A stretch of DNA of 63,924 nt, filler included, from Lama guanicoe (Eukaryota): NCBI GenBank assembly GCA_013239625.1. It is 150 parts of 150 records of this genome, joined end to end, with 100 filler letters (N's around TTAATTAATTAA, not from the genome) between each part and the next. Parts side by side here need not be neighbours in the genome. Positions count along the whole stretch, not along the records: positions 10,645 to 10,970 come from PNXV01056261.1; positions 11,071 to 11,396 come from PNXV01056262.1; positions 11,497 to 11,822 come from PNXV01056263.1; positions 11,923 to 12,248 come from PNXV01056264.1; positions 12,349 to 12,674 come from PNXV01056265.1; positions 12,775 to 13,100 come from PNXV01056266.1; positions 13,201 to 13,526 come from PNXV01056267.1; positions 13,627 to 13,952 come from PNXV01056268.1; 142 more parts are not named here. One strand, given 5' to 3'. The translations under genes were made by a program, and so were the position numbers. Every line of letters begins with the position of its first letter. The first letter of the stretch is position 1. Below are positions 10,545-23,336 of the stretch, one piece after another. The notes under the pieces were generated by a model, which did no database searches, was not told the origin of the DNA, and saw nothing but the letters and a program-made list of their open reading frames with translations.

Positions 10545-13500
10545 NNNNNNNNNNNNNNNNNNNNNNNNNNNNNNNNNNNNNNNNNNNNTTAATTAATTAA
10601 NNNNNNNNNNNNNNNNNNNNNNNNNNNNNNNNNNNNNNNNNNNNGAAATCTGGTTCGTTTTTCTTTCCCTTTAAGTCCTCAGACTTGATACAGGGACATT
10701 CTTATCAAGCAGTCATTGAATTTAGTATTTTTCTCATACATTTTAAAATTGAGAAGTCTGTAATTTATGAAATGGTTTTCAAAATACCAAAGTTCATGGC
10801 ATAGTAAAGCAACGTTTTCACTTCCTAATGGGTATTTTGTGGGGGAGGTAACCTACAAATTAGCGGTCACATGAAAACTTCCTTTGTAGTTTTTCACACA
10901 TGCTTTGAATAACAAAAGATTATAAGTCATTAAAGTATTAGAGTATTTTTCAACCTAGAATCTTCTCTGANNNNNNNNNNNNNNNNNNNNNNNNNNNNNN
11001 NNNNNNNNNNNNNNTTAATTAATTAANNNNNNNNNNNNNNNNNNNNNNNNNNNNNNNNNNNNNNNNNNNNGGAGTATTTCAATAGCAGAAACTTGATGCT
11101 TCTGAGGACAATCTGCTCCTGGGTTTAACAGGTGATGTTTTTATTCATCTACTAAAGGTCAGACCATAAATACTATTATATTTCCTGTGATGTGGAGCTT
11201 TCCAGGAGAGAAATCACAATAATGTAAAGAGAAAAATACTCCATCATCTCTCCATACAAGTGGTCCCTCACTGTGACCAGCAAGGTAGTAAGTGACAAGG
11301 TTACTCCCACACTGTCTTACCAGGCTACCTCCTTGCCTGTTGAACACGCCCTTAACTCCAGACCATACTTCTGTTACTGAAATATGTTTTAATGGGNNNN
11401 NNNNNNNNNNNNNNNNNNNNNNNNNNNNNNNNNNNNNNNNTTAATTAATTAANNNNNNNNNNNNNNNNNNNNNNNNNNNNNNNNNNNNNNNNNNNNTGAT
11501 CAGCCCGCTTTGCTGTGTCGTCAAGGAGCAAAATGCTTACACTTTGCTTTGCGTTCTTCTTAAGTCTTTGTTTCTTTATTGATTTTTACTTTAGTTTGCT
11601 TTGGGCTTTTCTTTTGTTTGTTTTCTTCGGTTCTTGCTTCCTCTGTCTCTCTTTGATGAAGGGAGGTCTTTAGAGTAAAGTTCCCTCGTCCCACTTCCTG
11701 TCTCCCGCAGGCCCTTCACTTTAAGGAAGTCGCAGAGAACCCAACAGCAGGAGCCACAGCGGATCCCGTGAGTCCCGGGGCACGTGGGCCTGGAAGGAGA
11801 TCACACAGCCAAGACGGTCACANNNNNNNNNNNNNNNNNNNNNNNNNNNNNNNNNNNNNNNNNNNNTTAATTAATTAANNNNNNNNNNNNNNNNNNNNNN
11901 NNNNNNNNNNNNNNNNNNNNNNTCAGTATTTCCTTCTCTCCTGCTTATGACAATTTGCAGCAGACTGCAAGGTTTCTTGACTTTGACCTGAAACTGATGT
12001 TGCTAAGGTAACCAATAGCCTAGTTATTGTTCAGTTGAAGTGAACAACGTTCGGTACTAATTGCCTGCTTTGTTGATTTCATCGTCCGTTGACTTATGCA
12101 GTGGCAACACAGAAAATAAAGCATTTCCCTTGAGTTCCATCCTCCCTCCGCCACCAGGGAGGAAGGTGGGACACTCCGGGAAGGCAGTAAGACAGATGCC
12201 ATTGTCTAATCTTGTAACCAGGATAAGCAGACTGCTAGGCAAGTAAACNNNNNNNNNNNNNNNNNNNNNNNNNNNNNNNNNNNNNNNNNNNNTTAATTAA
12301 TTAANNNNNNNNNNNNNNNNNNNNNNNNNNNNNNNNNNNNNNNNNNNNTTTTTTTTTTCTTCTGCCATGTCCTGGTTATTGAAAACCCTAAGGGCCACTT
12401 CAACTAGTTGGGAGGTGAGGATGCTAGGTCCCACCATAATCTTTCGAAGTTTGCAGCAAATATCTGGAGTACTCTGAGATACGAACTAGGTGTTTATTAC
12501 CACTGCACTTCTTGGATCCTTAGGGTCCAGGGTAGTGTATCTCCTAAGCCAGTCTCTAATCTTACCCAAAAAGGCAGAGGAATTTTTATTCTTTGATTTT
12601 ACAAAACTGAAAAGTTAGAAAATGGTGTTATAATTTAGTGAGCCATTCTCTATTTCTCCTGGTCACCTAGCTGGNNNNNNNNNNNNNNNNNNNNNNNNNN
12701 NNNNNNNNNNNNNNNNNNTTAATTAATTAANNNNNNNNNNNNNNNNNNNNNNNNNNNNNNNNNNNNNNNNNNNNTGGAGGTTTGCCTGAAGTCACACCTC
12801 CAGCTGACTTCTCACAAAGTTGGCTCTCATCTGCCTCCCCACCCCCACTGCCAGGAGTGTGCTTGTGCGACCTTGGGGAGGTTCCTCTCCTGGCTCCAGG
12901 CTCAGTTTCCCCACATACACAAAGAAGGGGGCCCTGATTTAGAATACTCCTCCTTCTTCACAAGGGCTCTCAACAGGTGGGGGAGAAATTCCTGCCGTGT
13001 GTGCGCACGCGTGTGCACACGCGCATGCACGGGCTCACACAGGCTGGCGTACAGGCAGGGGAGGGGTGGCCTCTCCGTGGGAAGGGCGCCTGTCGGGACA
13101 NNNNNNNNNNNNNNNNNNNNNNNNNNNNNNNNNNNNNNNNNNNNTTAATTAATTAANNNNNNNNNNNNNNNNNNNNNNNNNNNNNNNNNNNNNNNNNNNN
13201 ATATATGTTAAGTTTGCCTCTATTTGGAGAAAGGGAACTGCCAAAGCAGAAACAAAATAGTAACATGAATAAAATGCCTAAAGACTATGGCTCTGACAAC
13301 CTCATAGCATGGTCCTTGAGGCTTGGGAAAGGAACACAAAGGGGCAGAACACAGGACTAGATTTGCAGAAGAGGGGAGGCCCCTCACTAGTCAACATGGG
13401 CACAGAGTTAACAGAGTAGCTCAGGTCAGGTGACAGAGCCAAGAAGAGAAAACAGACGGCAAGGCTGTGGGATGGTTTGAGGTGACTTATCACACAATCA

Positions 13501-14209
13501 CGTACAATCGTATAAACTGTAATTCANNNNNNNNNNNNNNNNNNNNNNNNNNNNNNNNNNNNNNNNNNNNTTAATTAATTAANNNNNNNNNNNNNNNNNN
13601 NNNNNNNNNNNNNNNNNNNNNNNNNNATAAGTGTTTTATAAATATTAATCTGTTTAGTCTTTAAAACCAAACAATAAGTTGGGTCTTACTTATTTTCCAA
13701 AAATGGAAAGAGAGTCACACAGAGTTCAGGTTCATTGCCCAAAGCTGCACCGTCAAAAAAGGAAGAAGATAGAATTCAAATTTAGGCGGTCTTGGTTCCA
13801 GAGTCCTGAGTTCTAACAAAAACACAGTGATGCCCTTGCTTTGGATACATGTATGTATATTTGAGACCATGTTTGTGTTTCTATTTGAACATAATTTCAC
13901 TGGTCTCTAAAGGCTATGGTGGCCTGAACAGGACTTGGAATCAAACTGACTTNNNNNNNNNNNNNNNNNNNNNNNNNNNNNNNNNNNNNNNNNNNNTTAA
14001 TTAATTAANNNNNNNNNNNNNNNNNNNNNNNNNNNNNNNNNNNNNNNNNNNNGCTTTCAACACTGAAGTTGTGCCCCCAGCACCCAGCACCCAGCACTCT
14101 GGGGAAGACTGGCTCTGCCTTTCCCAAGCCGGAGGTCTTGGGGCCACTTAACCTGCCTGGGCCTGAAGCGCCTCACCCACAAAATGGGATTAAGAATGAC
14201 CTTCTTCCG

Positions 14210-14378
14210 TAGCCCTCCTGCACTGCGGGTGGGAATGCAGTCTGGTGCAGTCCTCCTGGAAAACAGTATGGACTTTCCATAAAAAAACAAAAACAGACTT
14301 ACCCTGTGCTCCAGCCATCCCACTCCTGGGCGTGTATCGAGAGGGAACTCTAACTGGAAAAGATACACACACCCCAAT
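14210..14378 (+). mobile_element. LINE-1 ORF2 C-terminal fragment next to a MIR-like piece
   Basis: KTKTDLPCAPAIPLLGVYREG corresponds to the L1 LPYDPAIPLLGIYP motif. Confidence 0.85.
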
Positions 14379-15330
14379 NNNNNNNNNNNNNNNNNNNNNN
14401 NNNNNNNNNNNNNNNNNNNNNNTTAATTAATTAANNNNNNNNNNNNNNNNNNNNNNNNNNNNNNNNNNNNNNNNNNNNCATTATTTATAGAAATGGATGT
14501 AACTCTCCCTTGAATAGAGTGTGTGTGATGCTGTTGTATTGAAATATACAAGGCCTGGTCCTGGAGCTTTCTCTGTAAGGATTAAAAACAACGGAAACAG
14601 CGCAAGTGTCTCTCAATAAAGCAACCACTTAGTACACTGCGCTGTGTCTGAGAAAGAATACACACACCAGTACATGTTCTTTCATTTGTGTGTGTCTGAG
14701 TGTAAAGATACAAAATGAAGTCAGGAAGGGTTCTGCACGTGCAAGTCAGTGGTCACCTCTGGGGGATGGGAATGCAGGCGGACAGTGAAGGATCTTCATC
14801 ACTTNNNNNNNNNNNNNNNNNNNNNNNNNNNNNNNNNNNNNNNNNNNNTTAATTAATTAANNNNNNNNNNNNNNNNNNNNNNNNNNNNNNNNNNNNNNNN
14901 NNNNATTCAAGTTTTTAATTTGATCCTCTCTTAATCTGTACCACCCTACTCAAATTTATTTTCCCTATGGTTCATTTATTTTATATACTTCACTTTATCC
15001 TCCAGTCCTTACTTAGATTTTCAACCCACAGTGACCTCTTTAAAAATCTAAGCTCATCTAAGATCTATTTGTTTGGGGCCAAATATCTCCTGTGTAGTAA
15101 CTATACCATCTCTTTCACTTTCAAATTTATTTCACTTTTTTTTCAACTGCTGCATAAAGGCTGTGTTTCCCTATGTTTGGAGGAAAAATACACAGTTGTG
15201 ACTAACAAATGCAAAAGGCCTTAACTTCATNNNNNNNNNNNNNNNNNNNNNNNNNNNNNNNNNNNNNNNNNNNNTTAATTAATTAANNNNNNNNNNNNNN
15301 NNNNNNNNNNNNNNNNNNNNNNNNNNNNNN

Positions 15331-15395
15331 CCACAAAACCTAAAATATTTACTAGTTTGCCTTCACTGATAAAACTTGCAGACCCTTGCTCTAGA
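15331..15395. mobile_element. MER58A-like DNA transposon end
   Basis: ccacaaaacctaaaatatttacta...aaaacttgcagacccttgctctaga. Confidence 0.65.
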
Positions 15396-16189
15396 CCAAG
15401 TTTTGGGAAATGAAGCAAGTGGTTTCTGTTTCGATAACTTTGGCTTGAGGTCAATTGTCCTCTCTTAGTACCCTCAAACACCTGTCCTATGGACCATGGC
15501 TCTGCTCATGTCTAGGACTGTTTAAGCACTACAATTTTTTGGTTTTTTATACTTCAAATTCCAAATTGTGATCAGCTGCTATTGCAATGTCATATTTCTC
15601 AAAAACATTTGGTAAGGAATCGGGGTAGGACTGACTCCTTCCTTCAGTAGACCAGGNNNNNNNNNNNNNNNNNNNNNNNNNNNNNNNNNNNNNNNNNNNN
15701 TTAATTAATTAANNNNNNNNNNNNNNNNNNNNNNNNNNNNNNNNNNNNNNNNNNNNATATAACTTAGGCACTCCCTAGTTGCATGGCCTCATGCAAGTCA
15801 CTTAACTGCTTTGACCTTCAGTTTTCCTGACTATAAAAGCTGGGGCTTAGGCTGGAATATTTCTAGTTCCTTTGGTATCCACACGCTATGATTCTGAAGG
15901 GCCTGGGGGGCTCGGGGCCGAACTGTTCAGTGTGATGGGGAGGTAACCCAGGGCTCCTTCAATACCACTCCGGAGATGCCGCCTCCACCTTTCTGTGCCC
16001 CCCTCTCTTGGCTCTCCCTGTAAACAATCTTTTTTTTTTTTTTTGGTCTTTCAGCCTGTGGTAGGGAGGGGAACAGTATGGGNNNNNNNNNNNNNNNNNN
16101 NNNNNNNNNNNNNNNNNNNNNNNNNNTTAATTAATTAANNNNNNNNNNNNNNNNNNNNNNNNNNNNNNNNNNNNNNNNNNNNTTTCTGC

Positions 16190-16350
16190 TCTGCCAGCTA
16201 TTACCTGTGCACCAGGACAAGTTTCTCGACCTCTCTGAACCCGTCTCCTCATCTAGCAAAATGGAAATAATAGCAACACCGACGCCTCACCAAGTGGTGG
16301 GGAGAATGAAACGAGAAGCACTTAGCACAATGCCTGGCGCACAACAGAAG
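16190..16350. mobile_element. MIR SINE fragment
   Basis: gacctctctgaacccgtctcctcatctagcaaaatggaaataatagca...cacttagcacaatgcctggcgc is the MIR core. Confidence 0.75.
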
Positions 16351-17559
16351 GCAGGGCTGTTACTTCAGAAAGGCTTCCGATCTACTCAATACACACCCAC
16401 CAGTAGCCCACTTCCCATGCAGTGCCCCCCTCAAGGCCAGGAGTCAAATCAAGAGTTGCTGGGAGCGGAGACCAGAGCTGCTCAACTTCTCAGGTAGCTG
16501 TCCCTTCANNNNNNNNNNNNNNNNNNNNNNNNNNNNNNNNNNNNNNNNNNNNTTAATTAATTAANNNNNNNNNNNNNNNNNNNNNNNNNNNNNNNNNNNN
16601 NNNNNNNNTTCTGAGGCTGCTGCTGTCATCTGGGGATTGCTTGTGAGTTTCTGTTTGTGTGTCTTGGTTCGCTGTATGGAGCTGTTTTAAAGGTCAGGTG
16701 TGCGGCTTCACTGGGTCTGATCTGCTTTAACCCATCCAAGGAATCTTTTATACTTTCAGATCTCATGTTTCCATTTGGTTCCTGTGTTAACAGTTTTACA
16801 GGTCTCTTGATGGTCCTCATCTCTTCACCCTTTGTGTCACTTAAAACACATTTCACCCTTGATACCTGTACATTTTTAAACATATGTTTGATTGCTGTAT
16901 TAAATTTCTTATTTGCTAATTCTGACACTTGGGCNNNNNNNNNNNNNNNNNNNNNNNNNNNNNNNNNNNNNNNNNNNNTTAATTAATTAANNNNNNNNNN
17001 NNNNNNNNNNNNNNNNNNNNNNNNNNNNNNNNNNTTTTTTTAGCTTTTTTTCATGTGACATAAAAAAGAGCGATATATGTTCACTTCAGCTGGGGAGGTC
17101 TTAGAAACGATTTGCTCCTTTGGCCCTGACTTTTGGATTGCTCTGAAATGAGCTGAAGGTCAAGCAAGAATCTCTGACATTCCATGACATCATCGAAATA
17201 TTGTCATTGTTTCAAAATCCACTTGAAGGGCTTGTGACACTTCCATCACCATTTGTTTCACTCGTTTTGAAAGGGGTGGAGCTGTTTGCAAATCCATAGG
17301 ATCCAGCTAGTCTTATTCTTGAGATCTGAGCTAAAACCCGTGGTTAAAACATGTCCTTAANNNNNNNNNNNNNNNNNNNNNNNNNNNNNNNNNNNNNNNN
17401 NNNNTTAATTAATTAANNNNNNNNNNNNNNNNNNNNNNNNNNNNNNNNNNNNNNNNNNNNCACCGTGGGACAAAATTGGTCATGAAATGTCTCTCAAAAT
17501 ACTGGTCGACTTTAGGACCAAGGGGGAGCAATGTGAATGAAACATACTGCAAGCCACAT

Positions 17560-17786
17560 CAATAAATAAAGAATGCTGAAGCCATCAAGTCATCAGCAGC
17601 TGCCGCCATCTTCCTCTGCCCGCCCCCCACCCCGCCCCCCAGTGAGGACAATCCTGCAGCTGGGCGTCTGTAGCCACCCACAATGGTGCACCCTGAGGGG
17701 ACTCAGAATGTGAAAGGACAGGAAGTTGGCCCTTGATAGCTAGGTGCTTGTCAAAGGAATGGTTTCAGTGAGCCCAAATGTTTGCT
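17560..17786. mobile_element. Probable ERV LTR fragment
   Basis: agcagctgccgccatc...atggtgcaccctgaggggactcag...ggcccttgatagctagg...tcagtgagcccaaa resembles recalled laurasiatherian ERV1 LTRs. Confidence 0.5.
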
Positions 17787-17886
17787 NNNNNNNNNNNNNN
17801 NNNNNNNNNNNNNNNNNNNNNNNNNNNNNNTTAATTAATTAANNNNNNNNNNNNNNNNNNNNNNNNNNNNNNNNNNNNNNNNNNNN

Positions 17887-18213
17887 CCCCTGCCCGCTCC
17901 TCTCGGGAGCCCCCACCCAGGCGCATGGCTCCATGAAGCAGGAGGAGGAGGCAGAGCGCGAGAGGTCCCGTGTGCCCCGGCTGCGTCTGGGCCAGGAGAA
18001 AAGGTGGGAAACTCGGTCCGCGCCGCGCCCTTCTCCCCCGGCCCCGCTGGGCCGGCCTCCCTCGGGCTGCCGCCCTGTCCCCAGGGCCTCCTCACCCCGG
18101 GGCGGCCCGAGGGGCCGGGGAGCGGGCCCCGGGGTCCGGGCTGGGGTCCCGGGGCAGCGCGGGGGAGGGGCTGGGGGCGTCGGGGACGCGAGAGAGGCGG
18201 GCATGCGGGGCCT
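17887..18213. promoter_or_regulatory. CpG-island fragment, gene unassigned
   Basis: Very GC-rich with dense CpG and G-runs. No recognisable protein in any frame. Confidence 0.65.
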
Positions 18214-19594
18214 NNNNNNNNNNNNNNNNNNNNNNNNNNNNNNNNNNNNNNNNNNNNTTAATTAATTAANNNNNNNNNNNNNNNNNNNNNNNNNNNNNNN
18301 NNNNNNNNNNNNNTCCGCCCTGCAGCCTCCGTGGCGTCGTGTCTCCTTCCAGTGGCTCCTGGTGGTTCCTCCCGCCGGGCTGCGTGCACGAAGCCGTGCC
18401 GCGATGACGCCTCGTCTTAGCGTCTTCCTTCCACGCTGACAGGTGAATGACACCTTGACTGAGCGCAGGCTTCCGACGCCGTAACCCTCTCTCCCAGTCA
18501 CCTGCGGCGGTTACACTGCTGTCCCCTGGCTCCCTGCGCCGCCCGTCTGACCCGCTCCCTCCGTAAGCCACTCCCTCTGTAGGATTTTGCGAGGCTGTGT
18601 ATTTACATAGAATCCCAGAATTTTAAGGCGTGTGTTTTCTNNNNNNNNNNNNNNNNNNNNNNNNNNNNNNNNNNNNNNNNNNNNTTAATTAATTAANNNN
18701 NNNNNNNNNNNNNNNNNNNNNNNNNNNNNNNNNNNNNNNNTTACAAGTACGTTTCTTCTGGGTGTCTCCCATGGTGACAGCACAGCTTGTACAGACCGCC
18801 ATGTCTGTAAGACTCAGCAAGGTTCAATGCACATCAGTTCTGTACATACAAACAGCATCACAGACGGTGCCCTCCTACCATACGTCGTCTGGGAGGTGTT
18901 TTAAGTGCTCTGTAGTGTGAGAACGGATGCCCGTGAGCTGGGTTTTATCCTGTTGTCCCGTACTCTAGAAAACCTGATTTTGTGTTAGCAATGACCTGTG
19001 TGGCCCACGGATGAGACGAAGAAATGGAAGCAGATGGGACACACCTGTTAATCATAAACATTTCTTCNNNNNNNNNNNNNNNNNNNNNNNNNNNNNNNNN
19101 NNNNNNNNNNNTTAATTAATTAANNNNNNNNNNNNNNNNNNNNNNNNNNNNNNNNNNNNNNNNNNNNCACACTCCTTTAAGCAAGCTCCAAAACCAGATG
19201 AGATACTGTACCATGAAAGACTGCCTTCCTCCCTCCCTCCTCAGCATGGAGCTCTGTACCCAGGATTTCTAAGCTAATTCAGCCCAGGCCTGCATGAAGG
19301 CTGCCACTTGCAAGAGGGAGTAAGACCCAGCTTGGGGGATTCTCTGCAGGCTTTGGCACATCAGACCAGGGCTCCTGAGAACACAAGGAGGAAGCCAGTC
19401 CCAGTACTGGCATCAACCTCCCCCAGGGAGGGGTCAGCATCTTAAAAAGAGCCAAGCTCTATGCCCTGTATCTTCAGTTCCAAGCTGGGCTCTANNNNNN
19501 NNNNNNNNNNNNNNNNNNNNNNNNNNNNNNNNNNNNNNTTAATTAATTAANNNNNNNNNNNNNNNNNNNNNNNNNNNNNNNNNNNNNNNNNNNN

Positions 19595-19921
19595 CTCTCC
19601 TGGGCCTGCCCTCTCCTGGGACAGCCCTCACCTGTACTGCCCTCTCCTGTGCCTGCACACACCTGGACTTCCACACTCCTGGGCCTTCCCTCTGCTGGGC
19701 GAGCACGGTCCTTGGACTCCCAATTCCTGCACTTGAACAACATTGGGCAAGCCCTCTCCTGGTCCTGCCCACTCTACGGCCTGCCCTCACCTGGGTCTTC
19801 ACGCTCCTGGGCCTGCACAATGCTGGGCCTGCACAGACCTGGGCCTGAACACTCCTGAGCCTGCAAACACCTGGGACTGCTCCCTCCTATGCCTGCACAC
19901 ACCTGGACCTGCCCTACCCTG
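19595..19921. repeat. Degenerate minisatellite (~16-20 bp units like ctcctgggcctgcaca/ccctct)
   Basis: Recurring cctggg(c/a)cctgc(c/a)c motif across the whole contig. Confidence 0.8.
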
Positions 19922-20021
19922 NNNNNNNNNNNNNNNNNNNNNNNNNNNNNNNNNNNNNNNNNNNNTTAATTAATTAANNNNNNNNNNNNNNNNNNNNNNN
20001 NNNNNNNNNNNNNNNNNNNNN

Positions 20022-20348
20022 ATTCATAATAGCATCAAAATAAAATACTTAGGCATTATTTTAAAGAGAGTGTGCCAGATTTAAACGCTGAAGTCTATAT
20101 ACTACTCCTGAGAGAAAGTAAGAAAAAACTAAAGAAATGGGGATAAACTCCGTATTCACTTATTGGCATTGTCAATATTGTTAAGGCCCCAGTTCTCCCA
20201 AAATCAATCTATACATTGAGAGCAATTCAATTCGGAACCCTAAACTCTAATCAAGACTCTGACAGTGTCTCTTAAGAAACTTACCTGCTGATTCTACAGT
20301 TTATATGCAAATACAAAGGACTTTGAATAGTCAGAACAATGACTAAAA
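20022..20348 (+). mobile_element. Old LINE-1 ORF2 fragment
   Basis: ataaaatacttaggcat...caatattgttaag...cagttctcccaaaatcaatctataca...ctgattctacagtttatatg. Confidence 0.8.
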
Positions 20349-22155
20349 NNNNNNNNNNNNNNNNNNNNNNNNNNNNNNNNNNNNNNNNNNNNTTAATTAA
20401 TTAANNNNNNNNNNNNNNNNNNNNNNNNNNNNNNNNNNNNNNNNNNNNGGAATCCCAGAAACTTCACTGAGGAAGCAGGGAACGACAGTGTCTTGGAATT
20501 TATCTTCTTCCCCTGGGCAAGCGTGTGTCTTACCATGGAATCCAGCTACTTGTTTCTTAGGTCCTCTTGTCCTCAGTGTCGTGAACAGACCCACAGCTTG
20601 AAGTAGAGCCAGCCAGCTGAGCCAAGCTGAGTTCACCAGCCCACAGAACATCACACTGGTTCAGTGCATCAATCTCTGTAGCTATTCAAGTCACCAAACA
20701 ATCAAACCAGGAGTAAGTGGTAGAGTTGGGGTAAGCCAGTTGCTAAATTTATCAGTGAACCAACAAGATACCTGNNNNNNNNNNNNNNNNNNNNNNNNNN
20801 NNNNNNNNNNNNNNNNNNTTAATTAATTAANNNNNNNNNNNNNNNNNNNNNNNNNNNNNNNNNNNNNNNNNNNNAATCCAATCACTGCCACTGAAGTGGA
20901 CTTCATGTATCTATTTGCTACAAATAAGAGTGTAAAGAGTATTTTTCTTGAAATTATAGAAGGTGCTCTGGGGTATTTCTCAGCAAAGACTGGCAGTCAC
21001 TAAACTTTAGGTCTACATTATAAGCAAAAAAAAAGTTGATGTAAATATCAAAGAGCAGTCTTGAGCAGAATCTACTCAGAGCACACATGAAGAATCAGGC
21101 ACCCAAGATAGATAGAACGCACAATCTTAGGATGAAAATCAGATCTCTGCCCAGAGATGGAAACAACATTCTCTAAACTCATCTGGCTCACTATGGAATG
21201 GNNNNNNNNNNNNNNNNNNNNNNNNNNNNNNNNNNNNNNNNNNNNTTAATTAATTAANNNNNNNNNNNNNNNNNNNNNNNNNNNNNNNNNNNNNNNNNNN
21301 NAGCATAGCGGAGGAATGCAAGACGCACCTGAGCAGGGGTATTAAGAAAACGTGTTCTCCGAGCATCACGTGTGTTGGCCGCGGAGGCGGTGCCGTCTGG
21401 ACACGCGCCCTGCGCCTCCGTCCTGCGCCCCCTCAGCGGGACCGCCAGGGACGTCCCTGCTGGCTTCTCAGCGGCCAGGCGTTGCAGCGATGCTTAAGGT
21501 ACGAGAATAAATTCACTGAAACACGGGGACTCCTTAAGCAGTGTCTCCCGGGACCCCCCCTCTCAGTATGGCCAGGAGTGTTTCAGGTCCTTTATGCCTG
21601 GAGCTTTTCGTGCCTTCCGTCACTGGAGNNNNNNNNNNNNNNNNNNNNNNNNNNNNNNNNNNNNNNNNNNNNTTAATTAATTAANNNNNNNNNNNNNNNN
21701 NNNNNNNNNNNNNNNNNNNNNNNNNNNNCTGTCCCAAGAGGCTGGCGATCTCTTTCTCTCCACATCTGGGTGTTTGCATTCTTCCCTCCCGAAGTGCCCG
21801 CTGCCCCGCCAAGTGGAGCTGAGCCTCCCGTGGGGATGTTCGCTGCCCCGTTTCTTTTCACGGCTCCCGGTGTATGAAGGCACGCCGCGGAGCGTCATGT
21901 ATCTTTCCATTGGCTAGCGTTTCCCTGTGTGGATGTGCTTAATCTTGTGTGGTCAGATTCATCACCGTCTTCCGTTCTGGCGGTTTCCTGCCTTGGTGTC
22001 GTGTTGCACCGAGCACGGGCTGTACTCATCCAGTTTACACACCTCCGTGCGTGCCNNNNNNNNNNNNNNNNNNNNNNNNNNNNNNNNNNNNNNNNNNNNT
22101 TAATTAATTAANNNNNNNNNNNNNNNNNNNNNNNNNNNNNNNNNNNNNNNNNNNN

Positions 22156-22482
22156 TTTTATAAATTTCCCTCTAAGCACCACTTTCACTGTATTCCAGAA
22201 ATTTTGATAAATTATATTTTCATTTTTGCTTAATTGGAAATACTTAAAATTTTTTCGTTAAAGACCTCCGCTTTGACCTATGTGTTATTAACAGCAGTGT
22301 TGGGTAATATCTGAGTATTTTGGAATTTTCCTGCTATTCTGCTATTGATTTCCAGTTTAACTCCATTGTAGTCTGAGAGCATATTTTGTATGATTTTTGC
22401 TAAGGTGTATTCTGTAGTCCAGAATGTGGTCTGTCTTAGTGAATGTTCCATGTGATCTTGAGAAGAATGTTTATTCTACTGT
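22156..22482 (-). mobile_element. LINE-1 ORF2 endonuclease-region fragment
   Basis: aaatttccctctaagcac...gatttccagtttaactccattgtagtctgaga...gtgaatgttccatgtgatcttgagaagaatgt. Confidence 0.85.
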
Positions 22483-22582
22483 NNNNNNNNNNNNNNNNNN
22501 NNNNNNNNNNNNNNNNNNNNNNNNNNTTAATTAATTAANNNNNNNNNNNNNNNNNNNNNNNNNNNNNNNNNNNNNNNNNNNN

Positions 22583-22909
22583 GGAGAGCTGTACCGAACT
22601 TTAAACACACACCCCTCCCCCCAATTGTACCCAGTCTCTTCTAGGAAATCAAGAGGGTGAAACGCTTCTCAATGTTATGAAGTCAACATTACTTTAATAC
22701 CAAGACCAGAAAACACACCCAAACACAAGAAAATTACAGGCCAATATTCCTAATAAATATGAACAAGAAAGCCCTAACAAATATAATTATGCTTTGTATT
22801 AAAAAGAATTATGCATCATGATGACATGGGATTTATTCCGGTTATGCAAGGCTGATTCAGGACGCAAAAACCAGTCCATGCAATCAGACTAACAGTCTAC
22901 AGAAGAAAA
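22583..22909 (+). mobile_element. LINE-1 ORF2 RT-region fragment
   Basis: cattactttaataccaagacc...gaaaattacaggccaatattcc...gggatttattccggttatgcaaggctgattc. Confidence 0.85.
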
Positions 22910-23009
22910 NNNNNNNNNNNNNNNNNNNNNNNNNNNNNNNNNNNNNNNNNNNNTTAATTAATTAANNNNNNNNNNNNNNNNNNNNNNNNNNNNNNNNNNN
23001 NNNNNNNNN

Positions 23010-23336
23010 GGACTCCGGCCGGGCCGCGGGCGTGCGGTGGGTTGCGGGCCCGGGGACCTCTGCCCTGGGGACCCCCGCGCCGCGCGCCGGGCGGGCGCGG
23101 GGCGGACGATGAGTCCGCACAATGGGCCGGTGTCGCCGCGCTGGGAGCGGCTCTTTAGGGGGGAGGCGAGGCGAGAAGGGGAGCGGACGTGAGGCCGGGC
23201 GTGGAGCCCGGGAGCGGCGGCGGCGGCGGCGGGACTCCCGGAGTGGCCGGCCGGCGGGTGGGCGCTCGCTGCGCTGCCCTCGGCCCGCTGCGTCCCTCCG
23301 CCCCCTCCCCTCCTCATTGTTCTTTTGGGGCCCGGG
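23010..23336. promoter_or_regulatory. CpG-island fragment with (GGC)n tract, gene unassigned
   Basis: Dense CpG, GC boxes and a gcggcggcggcggcggcggg run typical of 5'UTRs. Confidence 0.7.

Noticed and set aside
17835..18269. Overlapping Pro/Arg/Gly/Ala-rich ORFs on both strands (also 22958-23392 and 31923-32357)
   Set aside because: Stop codons are scarce in CpG islands, and no protein is recognisable.
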